Shown here one piece after another: positions 10,364-22,636 of a stretch of 60,626 nucleotides of DNA. The stretch spans positions 1 to 60,626 of the forward strand of contig CAWEHK010000053.1 in NCBI GenBank assembly GCA_963808625.1, in the 5' to 3' direction. The notes below the pieces were generated by a model. That model was not told the origin of the DNA. It saw only the letters and a program-made list of their open reading frames with translations, and made no database searches. Made by a program: the position numbers and the translations under genes. Within the stretch, counting starts at the first letter, position 1; each line of letters begins with the position of its first letter. Source of the stretch: an uncultured delta proteobacterium (GTDB taxonomy: Bacteria; Desulfobacterota; Syntrophobacteria; Syntrophobacterales; Syntrophobacteraceae).

Positions 10364-10915
10364 TTAACCCTCCACGACGGTTTCTTCGAAGGCGCGTGCG
10401 CAAGACTTGACATTCTTCTCGGCAATCGGTCCGAAGCGATGATCGATCGGGTGCTTCAAGCCATCCATCGAAATCAGCCCCGGCACTGCTTTGATAAGAG
10501 CCCCCAGCATGGTCGTATTGGTGATGGGGACGCGCATGGTTTCGATTGCGATTTTGCTGGCATCGACCGTCGCGATTTTGGCTTTGATCCCGGTTTCCTT
10601 GCGGACCTGCGCGGCACTCTTGGTGGTATTGACGATGACGATGCCACCTTTCTTCAAACCAGCTTCTACATTGACAAGCTTCAACAGGGTCGGATCGAGA
10701 ACTATCACATAGTTCGGTTCGTAAACCTTTTCCCGCGTGCAAATAGGTTTATCACTGATCCGCACAAAAGCCATAACAGGGGCGCCTCGCCGCTCGGGGC
10801 CAAAACTAGGGAAAGCCTGGGCGAATTTCCCTTCCTCGATAGCAGCCAGGGCCGCGAGCTCGGCGGAGGTTACGGCCCCTTGGCCCCCGCGTCCATGAAA
10901 GCGTATTTCAACCAT
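10364..10915 (-). CDS. porC: Pyruvate:ferredoxin oxidoreductase gamma subunit
   Basis: EIRFHGRGGQGAVT and FPSFGPERRGAPV motifs. Confidence 0.95.
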   Translation of the reverse strand: MVEIRFHGRGGQGAVTSAELAALAAIEEGKFAQAFPSFGPERRGAPVMAFVRISDKPICTREKVYEPNYVIVLDPTLLKLVNVEAGLKKGGIVIVNTTKSAAQVRKETGIKAKIATVDASKIAIETMRVPITNTTMLGALIKAVPGLISMDGLKHPIDHRFGPIAEKNVKSCARAFEETVVEG

Positions 10916-11189
10916 AGTCTGTCACTCCACCTTCAACGTTTCGACTCACTCCGCTCACCTCAAGAAGCCCGTCCCAATTTCAGCATGAGCATACTCGCGG
11001 CGAACCAACCAAAGGACACCAAAACTAAGCTACTAATCTATAGCAGTTTTGTGCAAAAAAGGTCAAGGTCTTTTTTGAGCTCCAAGCCAGCTTTATGTTC
11101 TAAGGGAAAACACACCGGAACCGCGCGCTTGATTAGGCAAAAAATCACAAGCGCACCAAAAAAAATTTAAACGCCTCGCAAACTTCTCG

Positions 11190-11793
11190 CTAGGCGAAGT
11201 TCTGTCTCCCCTTTAGAGCCCGTTCCAGGGTAATCCGATCCGTATATTTGAGGTCTCCGCCCATGGGAATCCCGTACGCGATTCTCGAGATCTTCAGCGG
11301 GCGATCTTTCAGCAGCTCGAGCAGGTAGTGCGCGGTAGCCTCGCCTTCGCTGCTGGGATTGGTGGCAATGATGACTTCTCTGCACCTGCTCTTCGTCGAT
11401 GCGTCTCATCAGCTCCCGAATGCGGATGTCGTCAGGCCCGACGGCGTCCAGGGGAGCCAGGGCGCCCTGCAGCACATGATAGCGCCCCCGGAAGGCCCCC
11501 GACTGTTCGAGGGCCAGGAGATCGGCCGTGCTCTCGACCACACAGATCTCTCCCGTCTCCCGCCCGGGGTCGGCGCAAATGGAGCAGAGCTCGCCATCGG
11601 TGAAATGAAAACATTTGGGACAGGTGTGCACGCGCCCGTGCATTTGCCGGATCAGGTCCGCCAGGGATTCAGCGTCTTCCTTCGGGCCCTGGAGCAGGTG
11701 CATGGCGACGCGGGTAGCGCTTTTTTCTCCCAGACCCGGGAGTTTGCTCAGTCGGCGAATGAGGTCCCGCAGAATCGGTGGGTAGGCGTTCAT
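11190..11793 (-). CDS. recR: Recombination mediator RecR (one frameshift near 11380)
   Basis: [12 protein letters not shown]4 zinc finger and YHVLQGAL; the alternate frame gives [24 protein letters not shown]. Confidence 0.93.
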
Positions 11794-11810
11794 GGTTTCT
11801 CAGACCCCTC

Positions 11811-12137
11811 TTAAAAAAGCCCCGGGAGCTTGAGTCCCGGAATATTCAGGCCGCCGGCAAGTTTGCCCATATCGCTGGCTGCCAGTTCCTGCGCCTTTCT
11901 CAGGGCATCGTTAACCGCTGCGACAATCAAGTCCTGCAGCATTTCAATGTCTTCCGGATCGACCACCTGAGGTTCGAGTTTCAGGCTCACCAGTTCCTGC
12001 CGTCCATTCATGACCGCGGTGACCATGCCGCCGCCGGCACTCGATTCCACCGTCTTGGTGGCCAACTCTTCCTGGATTTTCGCCATTTTTTCCTGCAACA
12101 CCTTGATCTGCTGCATGGGGTTAAAACCTTTCGTCAT
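11811..12137 (-). CDS. ybaB: YbaB/EbfC nucleoid-associated protein
   Basis: SAGGGMVTA and [17 protein letters not shown] motifs; conserved dnaX-ybaB-recR order. Confidence 0.95.
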   Translation of the reverse strand: MTKGFNPMQQIKVLQEKMAKIQEELATKTVESSAGGGMVTAVMNGRQELVSLKLEPQVVDPEDIEMLQDLIVAAVNDALRKAQELAASDMGKLAGGLNIPGLKLPGLF

Positions 12138-12203
12138 GTCTTCCTCCCTTGACGATCACCCATCTACGGATTTTCAGATTTCAAGGAATAACAGAGATAG
12201 TCA

Positions 12204-12259
12204 TGCGGGCAAGTTTCCAGCCTCCGAGCGTTCCGGCAGGCTGGAAAGCCTGCCCCACA
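12204..12259. repeat. REP-like palindrome
   Basis: GCGGGCAAGTTTCCAGCCT ... AGGCTGGAAAGCCTGCCCCAC in the dnaX-ybaB spacer, related to the palindrome at 17355-17399. Confidence 0.65.
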
Positions 12260-12299
12260 GATTGTAACTATTTTCCGAAAACTGAAGTCCACTCATAAA

Positions 12300-14080
12300 T
12301 CAAAGAAATCGCTTCAGCAAGCTCCGGACCATCTCCCGGTTACGCGGGCTCTCTTTTCCGGCCTCCAAGCGGTCGGTTTTTGACATTCGTATGTCAACCA
12401 GTTCTCCCCCGAGGATTTCCAGGGCCTGCAAGACCACGGGATGCTCCATGATCGTACGCCTGGGATTGCCTTTGGCCCGCTTCGCCTTTGGTGATCCCTT
12501 GGCTTCGGGAGAAGGAGCGGCTTTCACTCTTACCACCCACTGAAATTCATGCCCAAAAAACGTGCGTGCCGCCTCGGTCAGTCTGGTCAGCGCCTGCGGG
12601 TCCCTGATTACGTCTTCAAAGATCTCCAGGACTTCCAGCCCAAGGGTCTTTTCAGAAGCAAGCGTCACTTGGCTCTCGGCAAGCTTTGCCGCAAGGATTC
12701 CATCTTTAACCTTGAGCCATCGAATGAAACTTGGCCACTGATTGACCGTTTCACCGGGTCCACCGGCACCAGCGGTACCGCCGGCGGTTGCGAAACGAGT
12801 GACGGCGGCGGAAAGGGCTCTTCGGCGGAGATGTCCACGGGTTGCGGCCGGGCGGCAGGGACCTCGGCTCCGGGCGTGCGTCCGGTAACCGGCGTCGTCG
12901 CCCCTTCCGGGGTGCAACTCCCCGGTTCCGTCGCCAGCCGGTATTCCAGGGAGCTCAGTTTCGCCAGGACTTCTTCGAGAGATTCCAACTGGGGAAGCTG
13001 GGTCAGGCGCAAAAGAAGCATCTCCAGGGTCATCCTGGGAAGAGAAGAGCGCCGGATTTCCTCTTCGGCCTTCAGCACCATCTGAAAGATCACGTACAGG
13101 GATTCCGGGCTGGTTTTGCCTGATTGACCTTTGAGGACCAGGATTTCCTCTTCGGGAAGACCGAGCAGCGACTCCGCTCCAGGCCCTCCGGTGGCCAGGA
13201 CGAGAAGATTTCTGAAATAATCGCACAGCTGCTGGCAGAAACGCTTGCTGTCAATGCCCCTCCGATAAAGGTCGGCGACGACTTCCAGGCACGCCCGGGC
13301 ATCGTTCTCGAGAACCCCCGCGGCAGCCTTGTGAACGCTTTTACGGTCCACGATTCCAAGAATATCGAGGACCTCCTCACCGGTCAGGTCCTCACCGCTG
13401 AACGCCAGGATCTGCTCGAGAAGGCTCTGCGCATCCCGCATGCTGCCGTCCGCTTCCCGCGCGAGGGCGTAAAGGACTCCTTCAGGAAGGTCCACCTGTT
13501 CCTGGACGGCAATATGCCGGAGATGCTCGACCAGTTCCTGGGTGGGAATCCGGCGAAAATCGAAGCGCTGGCATCGGCTTAAGATGGTTGCCGGGATCTT
13601 GTGCGGCTCGGTCGTGGCAAAAATGAACACAACATGTTCCGGCGGCTCTTCCAGGGTCTTGAGCAGCGCATTGAAGGCTTCCGCGGTCAGCATGTGGACT
13701 TCGTCGATAATGTATATCTTGAATTGGCTCTTGGCCGGCCGGTAGCGAACGGTTTCGCGCAGATCGCGAATGCTGTCGATGCCGCGATTGGATGCACCGT
13801 CGATTTCCAGCACATCGACGGCATTGCCTTGCGTAATTTCCCGGCAGTTGGAGCAATGATTGCACGGCGCAGAGGAAACCGGCGTGAGGCAATTGAGCGT
13901 CTTGGCAAGAATGCGCGCGACCGAAGTCTTCCCGACCCCACGCGCTCCGCAAAACAGATAGGCATGCGCGATGCGGTTCCGGGTAAAGGCGTTTTGCAGA
14001 GTACGGGTTACATGAGGCTGACCAACGACCTCAGCGAAGGTTTGAGGGCGCCATTTGCGCGCCAAAACCAGGTAGGACAT
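12300..14080 (-). CDS. dnaX: DNA polymerase III subunit gamma/tau (frameshift in the Pro-rich linker)
   Basis: MSYLVLARKWRPQTF, GARGVGKT, IIDEVHML and ILSRCQRFDF motifs. The C-terminal domain lies in the frame of ORF 12300-13226. Confidence 0.95.
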
Positions 14081-14114
14081 GGGCCGATTGCCGCAACATG
14101 GGGTGAATGGAAGA

Positions 14115-14207
14115 TGGCGGAGAGAGAGGGATTCGAACCCTCGGTACACCTTTTGGGCGTACACACGATTTCCAGTCGTGCCCCTTCAGCCTCTCGGGCA
14201 TCTCTCC
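14115..14207 (-). tRNA. tRNA-Ser (GGA)
   Basis: GGAGAGATG...CACGACTGGAAATCGTG...long variable arm...GTTCGAATCCCTCTCTCTCCGCCA. Confidence 0.96.
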
Positions 14208-14257
14208 GTCAGGGGCGATCGCTATGGATGCTTGCCACAATTCCTAAAATTTTCTGA

Positions 14258-14353
14258 TGGCGGAGAGGGTGGGATTCGAACCCACGTGCCCTGCTCTTCA
14301 CAGGACAAGTCGATTTCGAGTCGACCCCGTTACGGCCTCTTCGGTACCTCTCC
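14258..14353 (-). tRNA. tRNA-Ser (CGA)
   Basis: GGAGAGGTA...GTCGACTCGAAATCGAC...long variable arm...GTTCGAATCCCACCCTCTCCGCCA. Confidence 0.96.
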
Positions 14354-14836
14354 CCCATGTTTCTGCGCCTGGCGGCGTGCTTGAAAGAATGTCGTCAGGA
14401 GCTCAGCGGCATCATCCGCCAGGACACCACCAACAACCTCAATATAATGATTGAAAACCGAGGCCTTTGTCAAGTCCACCGCACCGCCGAGGACCCCGGC
14501 CTTCGGGTCCGGCGCACCAAAAACAAGCACGCTGATGCGCGCCTGCACCATCGCCCCGAGGCACATGATACAGGGTTCCAGAGTAACGTAGAGCGTTGTT
14601 CCCGGAAGGCGGTAGTTCCGCGCGCGCCGGGCCGCCTCACGCAAGACCACAATTTCGGCGTGGGCCGTCGGGTCATTCCCGGCAATCGGAGCATTGTACC
14701 CACGGCTGAGGACCGCTCCCTGATCGCCCACAAGGACCGCTCCCACCGGGACTTCCGCCCTTGCGTAAGCTTTTCTGGCTTCCTCGAGAGCCATAGACAT
14801 AAACGATTCGTGAACCTTCATCAAGGAGCTCTTCAC
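14330..14836 (-). CDS. tadA: tRNA adenosine(34) deaminase
   Basis: EVPVGAVLV, DPTAHAE and TLEPCIMC motifs. Confidence 0.95.
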   Translation of the reverse strand: MKSSLMKVHESFMSMALEEARKAYARAEVPVGAVLVGDQGAVLSRGYNAPIAGNDPTAHAEIVVLREAARRARNYRLPGTTLYVTLEPCIMCLGAMVQARISVLVFGAPDPKAGVLGGAVDLTKASVFNHYIEVVGGVLADDAAELLTTFFQARRQAQKHGGEVPKRP

Positions 14837-15135
14837 TCACTCTGGTTTTTCTCCGAAAGGCGTTTCACATAGCATGATCGGCAGGCACTGGAAAGCTTTT
14901 TAATTTGATCGACCTCATCCTGCTGCTTGCTACTTGCTACATGGCTCTTGTGTCTTATAATTCTTTACTGTATTGGATACTGTTCCAATGTGTGTTTGAA
15001 AACTCCTTCAAATGTGCCCCTGCATCCGGCGGGGAGTGGCGACGGCAGGACAAGATGGAATGTTTTTCACCTTATTTCTGCTCTCCTCGATGCCATGCCC
15101 GGGACAGACGGCAAGGGTTTTGGAGGGACGCTCGT

Positions 15136-15405
15136 ATGGAGACGGAGAAAGTTGGCGGCGATACATGCTTCAGGCGCCTTGGCGGTGTGGAGCGTGTCTT
15201 TGAGCCGGTAGGCGGCGGGCAACAGAGAGGGAAAAAACATCCCTGCCCTGATTGCAGCTTTTGTCAGGGTTGCGCTGAGACCCGGTGTCTGACCTGCCGG
15301 AGCGAGAGGAATCGGAGAAGTCCGGGCCCGTGCAAAAGGCTGAGCTTCCAGGAACAGATTCTTCTTTATGAGAAGGTGAATGCCAAGGCATCGGAGAGAG
15401 AATAG
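15136..15405 (+). CDS. Small Cys-rich hypothetical protein
   Basis: GGAGG RBS before ATG 15136; CPDCSFCQGC..RCLTC motif. Confidence 0.6.
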   Translation: METEKVGGDTCFRRLGGVERVFEPVGGGQQRGKKHPCPDCSFCQGCAETRCLTCRSERNRRSPGPCKRLSFQEQILLYEKVNAKASERE

Positions 15406-15470
15406 GATTTGGAAGCAAATCTGGACTTTTGATATTTAATAACCTTACAAGTGCAAAAAGATGCAGCGGA

Positions 15471-17271
15471 ATGATGAAGACGAAAAGAACTCATAAATTG
15501 ATCCTGTTAGTGGGGTTTCTTGCCATTTGTTTTGGCCCGAGCTGGGGTCGCGCGCCGTCCCTGGCGGCCGTCAACGAGGTTGATCACGAAGTTCGGAGCG
15601 TGAGTTCCGTTGCCCCTGCCGAGGAGTTCCTGCGAGAGCGCTTTCTTCCAGTGGCACAGCTACATCTGGGAGGCACTCCCCGCCGAGTGGCTCCAGGATG
15701 CCACTCAAGCTGCGCTGCTGCAGGCGTACGAGGCAAACGACTGGAACCCCCTTTTCATCACTGGGCATTTTGAGGTCAACGCGAGCGGACACTTATTGCT
15801 GCAACGTCTTGGCACATTGCAAGATGAGGCAATTGATCCGCGGCCTTACAAGCTGGAAGATTTGAGGCTCGAGATTGAAAACCTGGAGCGATTGCGCCGT
15901 TCCTTGCAAACTGGGAATGCCGGGTTATCGGGGCTCAGCTGCGGGTTCCTCGGAACCTGCTTCCCGCGCAAAAGCAGCCCGCACAAGGACCACGTACGGA
16001 CTCAAAATTCCGGGAACCCGCCCGGATTCCGGCGTCAAGTCGGGGAAGGCCAGGGAGAAGGAAGAGCGATATCGCGAACTTTTCCTTGCAAGCAGTGCCG
16101 TCGATGTGCATTTGGCTCACAATCTGGTCCGGTTTGCCAATACGATGAACCCTTTTTCAAAAGAACAGCAGGTCAGCGCCCTCCTCGGGAACATCCCCAT
16201 GGAGCAGTTTCTGAAAGAGCTGAACCTCTTCACCGGCTTATCGAGCGCTTGTGCAGGCTCTAAAAGATACCAGAGCTTGCTTCTCAAGCTCCTCAACAAC
16301 GGTTGGCGTCGCTCAAAAACTGAGTCTCGGCGATACGGAAGCAATCCGGGATTTGCAGAAGAGGCTGCACCAGGAAGACTTCTACCACGGTAAGATTTCC
16401 GGGCACTTTGATGCAGCGACGAAGAAGCAGTCCAGCAATTTCAGTTTTTCACAACCTGACGCCGATGGCAAAGTCGGACAACAAACGCGAGAATGGCTGA
16501 ATATGTCCTTTCAGGACAAAACGGACATGATTGCTCAGGCCTTAAAGTCCTATCGTGAGAGTCCCACTCGTCGCTTTATCAAAGGTATATCTGGATCAAC
16601 ATCCCCCAATTCACGCTCGAATATCGCAACGAAGGGAAGAGTCGAAGCGGTCCATCGCGTGATTGTCGGCAAAGCAAGCGGAAAAAAGATCAAACTCAAC
16701 GGTCGCACGGTGGGAGAAAATCAAACGCCCACTCTGGCCAGTTCCATCGAACAGGTGGTCATCAATCCCAGATGGTACGTTACTGAACGCATTCGCCTGG
16801 AATTGAATGATGCCATAGCGGCCGATCCTTCTTTCCTTGTCACGCAATGGCTATACCTACATGGCCTCCGCCACCTATCCATCGGGCGAACCTCGCCTGA
16901 TCCAGCTGCCCGGGCCAAACAACGCTCTGGGGCGGGTGCGGTTTGATTTCCCCAACCCCTATGCGGTCTACATGCATGATACGCCCAACAAACATCTGTT
17001 CCAGAGGGCACGCCGAGACTTTTCCCACGGCTGCATTCGGGTTGAGAAAGCGCAGGAACTGGCCAAGGAACTCCTGGCGAGCGACCAGAACCCCGCGGCT
17101 TCAAAGACGGATACCTACCTGGCGACCAATCGGGAAACCTTTTTAAGGCTTCGTGAACCGGTTCCGATCATCATCGAATACCTCCCGGTCGTGGTCACCG
17201 CGAACGGGGAGCTCGTGTTCTGTGGAGATCCCTACGGCTGGTTTCGGGAAAACTTCGACCGCAAATCCTGA
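15471..17271 (+). CDS. L,D-transpeptidase (YcbB-like) with peptidoglycan-binding domain (multiple frameshifts)
   Basis: Signal peptide, PG-binding (LQKRLHQEDFY..DGKVG), VINPRWYV, QLPGPNNALG and YMHDTP..FSHGCIRV motifs. Confidence 0.85.
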
Positions 17272-17322
17272 TCTGCGAAACGGTGGCGAAACGAAGAGAA
17301 TAATCTGCCCAAATCCCCAAAT

Positions 17323-17435
17323 CATAGCTAGCGTCCATCCGGAAACCCGATTTTGTAGGAGCGGCTTCCAGCCGAGATCGGGGCTGGAAGCCCCTCCTAA
17401 GAGCAAGGTGCCACTTTCCGGATGAGCTAGCTATG
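17323..17435. repeat. Nested palindrome (GTAG-type REP inside an outer inverted repeat; REPIN/MITE-like)
   Basis: Inner GTAGGAGCGGCTTCCAGCC / GGGCTGGAAGCCCCTCCTA; outer CATAGCTAGCGTCCATCCGGAAA / TTTCCGGATGAGCTAGCTATG. Confidence 0.7.
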
Positions 17436-17752
17436 CATATTTCCTCGGATAGCTGTAAACCGGAGTAATTTATTTTTCATATAATCAAATGGTTAACAAG
17501 GCGCCTATGCAATATCCGGAGCGTGGTGCACGGTATTTGCATTCACGCCTTATACAACCTTCCTGCATAGCACATTTATTCAGTGTTTTCATTTGATTAC
17601 ATGTTATTTCCCAGACCATACAACACGCTTGTTCGAAAAAACGTTTGACAGCTACTTTTTTTTGCGCTAGTGAAAGCAATCTCATAAAAAAGGGACTTGC
17701 CGTAGAGGGTGAGATCCGGCTCTTTTGACAATATACAGGAGGGGATTAAGCT

Positions 17753-19316
17753 ATGGGGCGTTTTAACTCCTGCTCGATGCTGAAGCTACCGATCACGTGC
17801 TCGATCGTTCTTTCGCTTTCCTTAATTCTTCTTGAAACTCCCGCCTTTTCCATCACCGCCTCCATCGGTCGACCCTATCACGGCCGCCTCGTCGATGGCA
17901 TTCCTTTTCCCACCCAATTTCAGGGCTACTATCTGCGCGATCAGGACCGGGCCTATGCAACCCCCGAGGCGATTGGGACGGTTCTTGATGCCATCGATGC
18001 CGTGCGCGCGCAATATCCTGACACCTGTGACCTGTTCATCGGTGACTTTTCCCGGCCGGCGGCGGCGGGATCAACATGCACCGGTCCCACCAGAATGGGC
18101 GGGATGCGGATTTGGGGATGTATGCCAAGGGCAACCGGCGCCCTCGATACCTTTGTTCCCATGAATGAAGAAAACCTGGACGTGGCAAAGACGTGGTGTT
18201 TTGTTGACAGTTTGCTTCGTTCGCAGCATGTGCAATATCTTTTTCTGGATCGAAGGATCCAGAGGCTGCTGCATGATTATGCGCTCAGCCAAGGTGTGGA
18301 CCCCAACTATCTGGAATCGCTCTTTGGCAATAACAGAAATGCCACAGTTCATCACGTTCGAGGTCATTACGATCATATGCACGTGCGCTTTTATACCCCC
18401 TGGTCAACCATGGCCGCGCGAGTAGGGGAGGAGGACGATCAGCAGCGAACGGTGGTGGAGATGGCGCAGCAGGCATACCTCCCTAAAAAGGTGAACTATT
18501 ATGTGAAGGGGTCAGAACCCGGTCTGGAAGTGCTGGCCCAAAGCTTTGGAGTGAACCAGGACGATTTATGTCGCTGGAACCAGATGCAGCCAAACGATGC
18601 CCTGAAGCCCGGCAGTCTGTATTGTCTTCTACAAACGCGGCTTCGAAGTGGAGCCCGTGCACCTGGCGAGATCGCTGCAGCCTGACTCCGTGCCCGATTC
18701 GCCCGGTTTCCTCTTGGCCTCTGCCAATGCTTCGGTCCCTCCGTCGTCGGGGCGCTTCCCGGGTAGACGATTCTCTTCTTCAGGGAGAAAGCCCACGTTG
18801 GCTTCCGGCTACACTTATACGGTTCACCGGGGTGATACCCTCGAAAGTGTCGCAAGACGTTCCGGCGTTAATGTCAAAGCCTTGTGCGATGTCAATGGGT
18901 TGAACCAGAAGGCGGGGGTCAAACCGGGGCAGAGAATAAAACTGGTGAACGGCAAATCGCCTGCCAGCAGTGACGATCTCGCAAGGCCGGGTGTCGTGAA
19001 ATCCGGGCCTGCTGCGGTCGTCGCCCCCAAAGCCTCCGGAAGTTTCGTTCCCGCAGTATACACCGCCGACAGGCATGGTTCTCTGTCGAAGACCGCACAG
19101 CAGCAAGGTCTCGATCCCAAAGCGCTCTGCCAGATCAATGGCATGAACCAGGGCATTGGACTGAAGCCCGGTCAGAAAGCAAGACTGCTGGAAGCAAAAT
19201 CCACGCAGAAGTCAAGCGGAACTCAAAAAGCTCAAGTAGGAAAATCGGACAGTAAAAGCAGTACTTCCCAGTTGGCAAAAGTCGAAAAAACTCCAAAAAA
19301 GAATTCCAAGAAGTAA
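17753..19316 (+). CDS. MepA-like penicillin-insensitive murein endopeptidase with LysM domains (frameshifted)
   Basis: SIGRPYHGRL, IGDFSRP, S-HQNGRDAD (alternate frame), HYDHMHVR, and LysM YTVHRGDTLESVAR. Confidence 0.85.
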
Positions 19317-19618
19317 CTTTGAAAGTTTCTCGAGTGCGGCACGAATCGGGTGCTGCATAATGGAGCAAGGTACTTCTCTCCCTTCGTTCCAGTAATACCC
19401 CCTTTTCTTTCCAGCTCATTTCTGTTATGAACCGGCGCTCCCGACGGGCACCAACCGTGTGCCCGTTTTTCTTTTGGTCTCGGGCACAGGTTCAGCACGG
19501 ATTCGTATCTCACCCTGAGATACCAGGATGGTGTTCAAAATCTTTCGCCCCTGCTATTTGAACTGGAGGATCCGGAGCGCTCCAGTTGCAGCAGGAAAGG
19601 AGCTGTCAGCCGAACATC

Positions 19619-21712
19619 ATGATCAACGATCTCACGACGACACGAAACATCGGTATCAGCGCTCACATAGATTCCGGCAAGACCACCCTGACGGAACGGA
19701 TTCTCTACTATACCCAACGGATCCATGCGATCCATGACGTGAAGGGTAAAGACGGGGTCGGCGCCAAGATGGATTTTATGGAGTTGGAAAAGGAGCGGGG
19801 CATTACCATTCAGTCTGCTGCCACCTACTGTCAATGGCAGGATTATTCCATCAACATCATTGATACCCCCGGTCATGTGGACTTCACGATTGAAGTGGAA
19901 AGGGCGTTGCGGGTCCTCGATGGCGCGGTCCTGGTGCTGTGCGCTGTTGGCGGGGTTCAGTCGCAGTCGGTGACCGTAGACCGTCAAATGGTGCGATACC
20001 GGGTCCCTCGGGTGGCCTTCATCAATAAATGTGATCGGACGGGTGCGGAACCGTCTGCGCGTGGTTCGCCAGCTCCGGGAGAAATTGAACCATAATGCGG
20101 TGCTCCTCCAAATTCCGTGGGGTCTGGAATCCAACCACCAGGGGGTGATTGATCTCATCACCATGCGGGCCTTGAGGTTTGAAGGGGACCATGGGGAAGA
20201 GCTCATCGCCGGCGATATTCCGTCTGAGCTTCTAGGCCAGGCCGAGGAGGCACGCGAGCAGTTGTTGGATGCCGTTTCGCTTTTCTCTGACGAGCTCACC
20301 GAGGCAATCCTGGAAGAGCGGGTTACGGAAGCGCTCATCCAAGAGGCCATTCGCCGGGGCACTCTTGCGCTCGGGATAACCCCGGTGCTCCTCGGTTCGG
20401 CATACAAGAACAAAGGGGTGCAACCGCTTCTGGATGCGGTCTGCCAGCTACCTGCCAAGTCCTCTCGATGCGACTACTACCGCTCTGGACCTTGACCGGG
20501 ACGAAGCCGAGGTCGGGTTGAAAAACGCTCAGGACCTCCCCCTCGTCATGCTGGCATTCAAGCTCGAGGTGAGTCGCTATGGGCAGCTCACCTATGTGCG
20601 GATCTACCAGGGCGTCTTGAGCAGGGGGGACACCATCGTCAATGTGCGCACGGGGAAACGTTCCAAGGTAGGACGCCTGGTGCGGATGCACGCTGACGAA
20701 ATGGAAGAGATTGAAGGTGCGGCGGCGGGAAGCATCGTGGCGCTTTTCGGCATTGACTGCACTTCCGGGGACACGTTTACGGATGGGCGGGTGCGCTACA
20801 CGATGACGTCTATGTACGTGCCCTCGCCGGTCATCTCTCTTGCCATCAAGCCCAAGGATAGAAAATCCGAAATGAGCGTGAGCAAGGCTTTAGCTCGCTT
20901 TGCCAAGGAGGACCCGACATTTCGATCGTATCTTGAAGAGGAGACCGGAGAAACGATCATCTGCGGCATGGGCGAGTTGCATCTGGATGTATATGTCGAA
21001 CGGATGCGTCGTGAATACCAGGTGGATCTGGCTACGGGCATGCCCAAGGTCGCTTACCGGGAGACTGTTACCCGCCGGGCCGATTTCAATTATACGCACA
21101 AGAAACAAACGGGTGGGTCGGGGCAGTACGGAAGGGTGGCCGGCTTCCTCGAACCCAGTTCGGAAGGCGACTACCAATTCCTCAACAAGATCACGGGAGG
21201 CGCCATTCCCACGGAATTTATCCCTTCTTGCGACAAGGGTTTCCAGGCGTGCTTGAAGAAAGGGCCGCTGTCAGGCTTTTCCATTGTGGGAGTTCAGGTC
21301 ACCATCAATGATGGCGCCGCTCACTCCGTGGATTCTTCCGACCTTGCCTTTCAGCAGGCGGCCATCGGTGCCTTTCGCGAGGCCTACCTGCAAGGCCGGC
21401 CCGAGCATTCTCGAACCGGTGATGAAGGTGGTGGCGGAAACACCCTCCGAATATCAGGGGACCGTGCTCGGGACCCTGAACCAGCGGCGGGGCATGATTA
21501 TCAGCACCTCGGAAGATCGCGCTTTCTCAACCATCGAAGCCGAAGTGCCCCTCTCCGAAATGTTCGGGTATTCGACCGTGCTGCGCTCCGCCACTCAGGG
21601 AAAGGCGGAATTCACTATGGAATTCGCTCGCTACAACCCCGTGCCCAGAAGCATTGCCGAAGAGATCATTAAGAGGTACAAGGAAGAGCAGCTTTCGCAG
21701 AAGAACAAGTAG
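19619..21712 (+). CDS. fusA: Elongation factor G (spd/mitochondrial EF-G1 type; three frameshifts)
   Basis: [57 protein letters not shown] and PLSEMFGY motifs. Confidence 0.95.
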
Positions 21713-21741
21713 CAGGGCAGAATTCAGGAAGGAGAAATTTG

Positions 21742-22450
21742 ATGAATATTGATCAGCCCGAAGGTCAGGAAGGCATGCAACTGATCAGAAGGACCCTTGG
21801 TGATCCTTTAGGGCAGGGTGAGCTCGGTGCTTTGATGGCCGCGGCCGGCGTGGGGAAGACGGCATGCCTGACCCACATAGCTCTGGAAAACCTGTTCGAG
21901 GGCCAGCCCGTGCTTCATGTGTGCATCGATGGGGCTGCGGAGAAAATCAAGATATGGTATCGAGGAATTGCTCAAGAACCTTCTCGCTTCCCGTCGCCGC
22001 GAGATGAGTTCGCCGCGCTGCAGCGGCGCCTTGAAGCGCACCGGTTCATCCTCGCCTACCTCCACCAGGCATTTCGGATTCAGAAGCTGGAACAAAGCCT
22101 TCAAAACCTGGAAGAGCAGACCAAATTCCATCCGGCTTTGGTGGTTCTGGACGGCTTGGATTTTGACCGGGAACCTCGTGCAACCGTTGCGGAGCTCCGA
22201 GTTTGCGCAGAAACACCGGGTTTCCATGTGGATGTCCATAAGAACCCATCGCCATATTGCCACCACCAATGACAACGGCATCCCGCTACCCGTGCCACGA
22301 AAGTGATGACCTTTTTCGGGCGATTCTTTCCCTTGAACCCACTTCCAGAGGCGATCCGGGTAAAGGTCTTGAAGGATGCCGGGCAGTTACCAACCCGAAC
22401 ACCCGGAGGTTTTTCTCGATCCGCAGACCTTTCTCCTGCAGAGAGGCTGA
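21742..22450 (+). CDS. RecA/KaiC-like P-loop cytoplasmic protein (frameshifted)
   Basis: Walker A AAAGVGKT and Walker B VVLDG; immediately downstream of fusA. Confidence 0.65.
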
Positions 22451-22481
22451 AGAGCCACCCAGAAATAAATGATCTTCTTTC

Positions 22482-22542
22482 ACCACGAAATACACGAAAC
22501 ACTCGAAAGACGAGGAATCATTTTTTTCGTGTGTTTCGTGGT
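22482..22542. repeat. Inverted repeat built from 9-bp units (CACGAAA)
   Basis: ACCACGAAATACACGAAA (22482-22499) and TTTCGTGTGTTTCGTGGT (22525-22542) are complementary at 17/18. Confidence 0.75.
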
Positions 22543-22636
22543 TTGAGAGAGGCTGACAATGAGGGCAAGTTATTTTTGGACGGTCTCTAAGAGGTAGGCT
22601 GAAACCCAAGGATGCGCTCTTCAAAAGGTGCGCTCA

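Noticed and set aside
10034..11170. Long antisense or alternate-frame ORFs (e.g. 10034-11170, 48000-49316, 33828-35348, 38025-39263)
   Set aside because: They are shadows of well-supported genes in GC-rich DNA, with no recognisable motifs.
12665..12960. Programmed frameshift in dnaX producing gamma/tau
   Set aside because: No A-AAA-AAG or long A-run slippery site is visible in the shift zone, and indels are pervasive in this assembly.
14081..14114. SRP RNA (ffs), often found between tRNA-Ser and dnaX
   Set aside because: Only 34 bp of spacer and no SRP motif.
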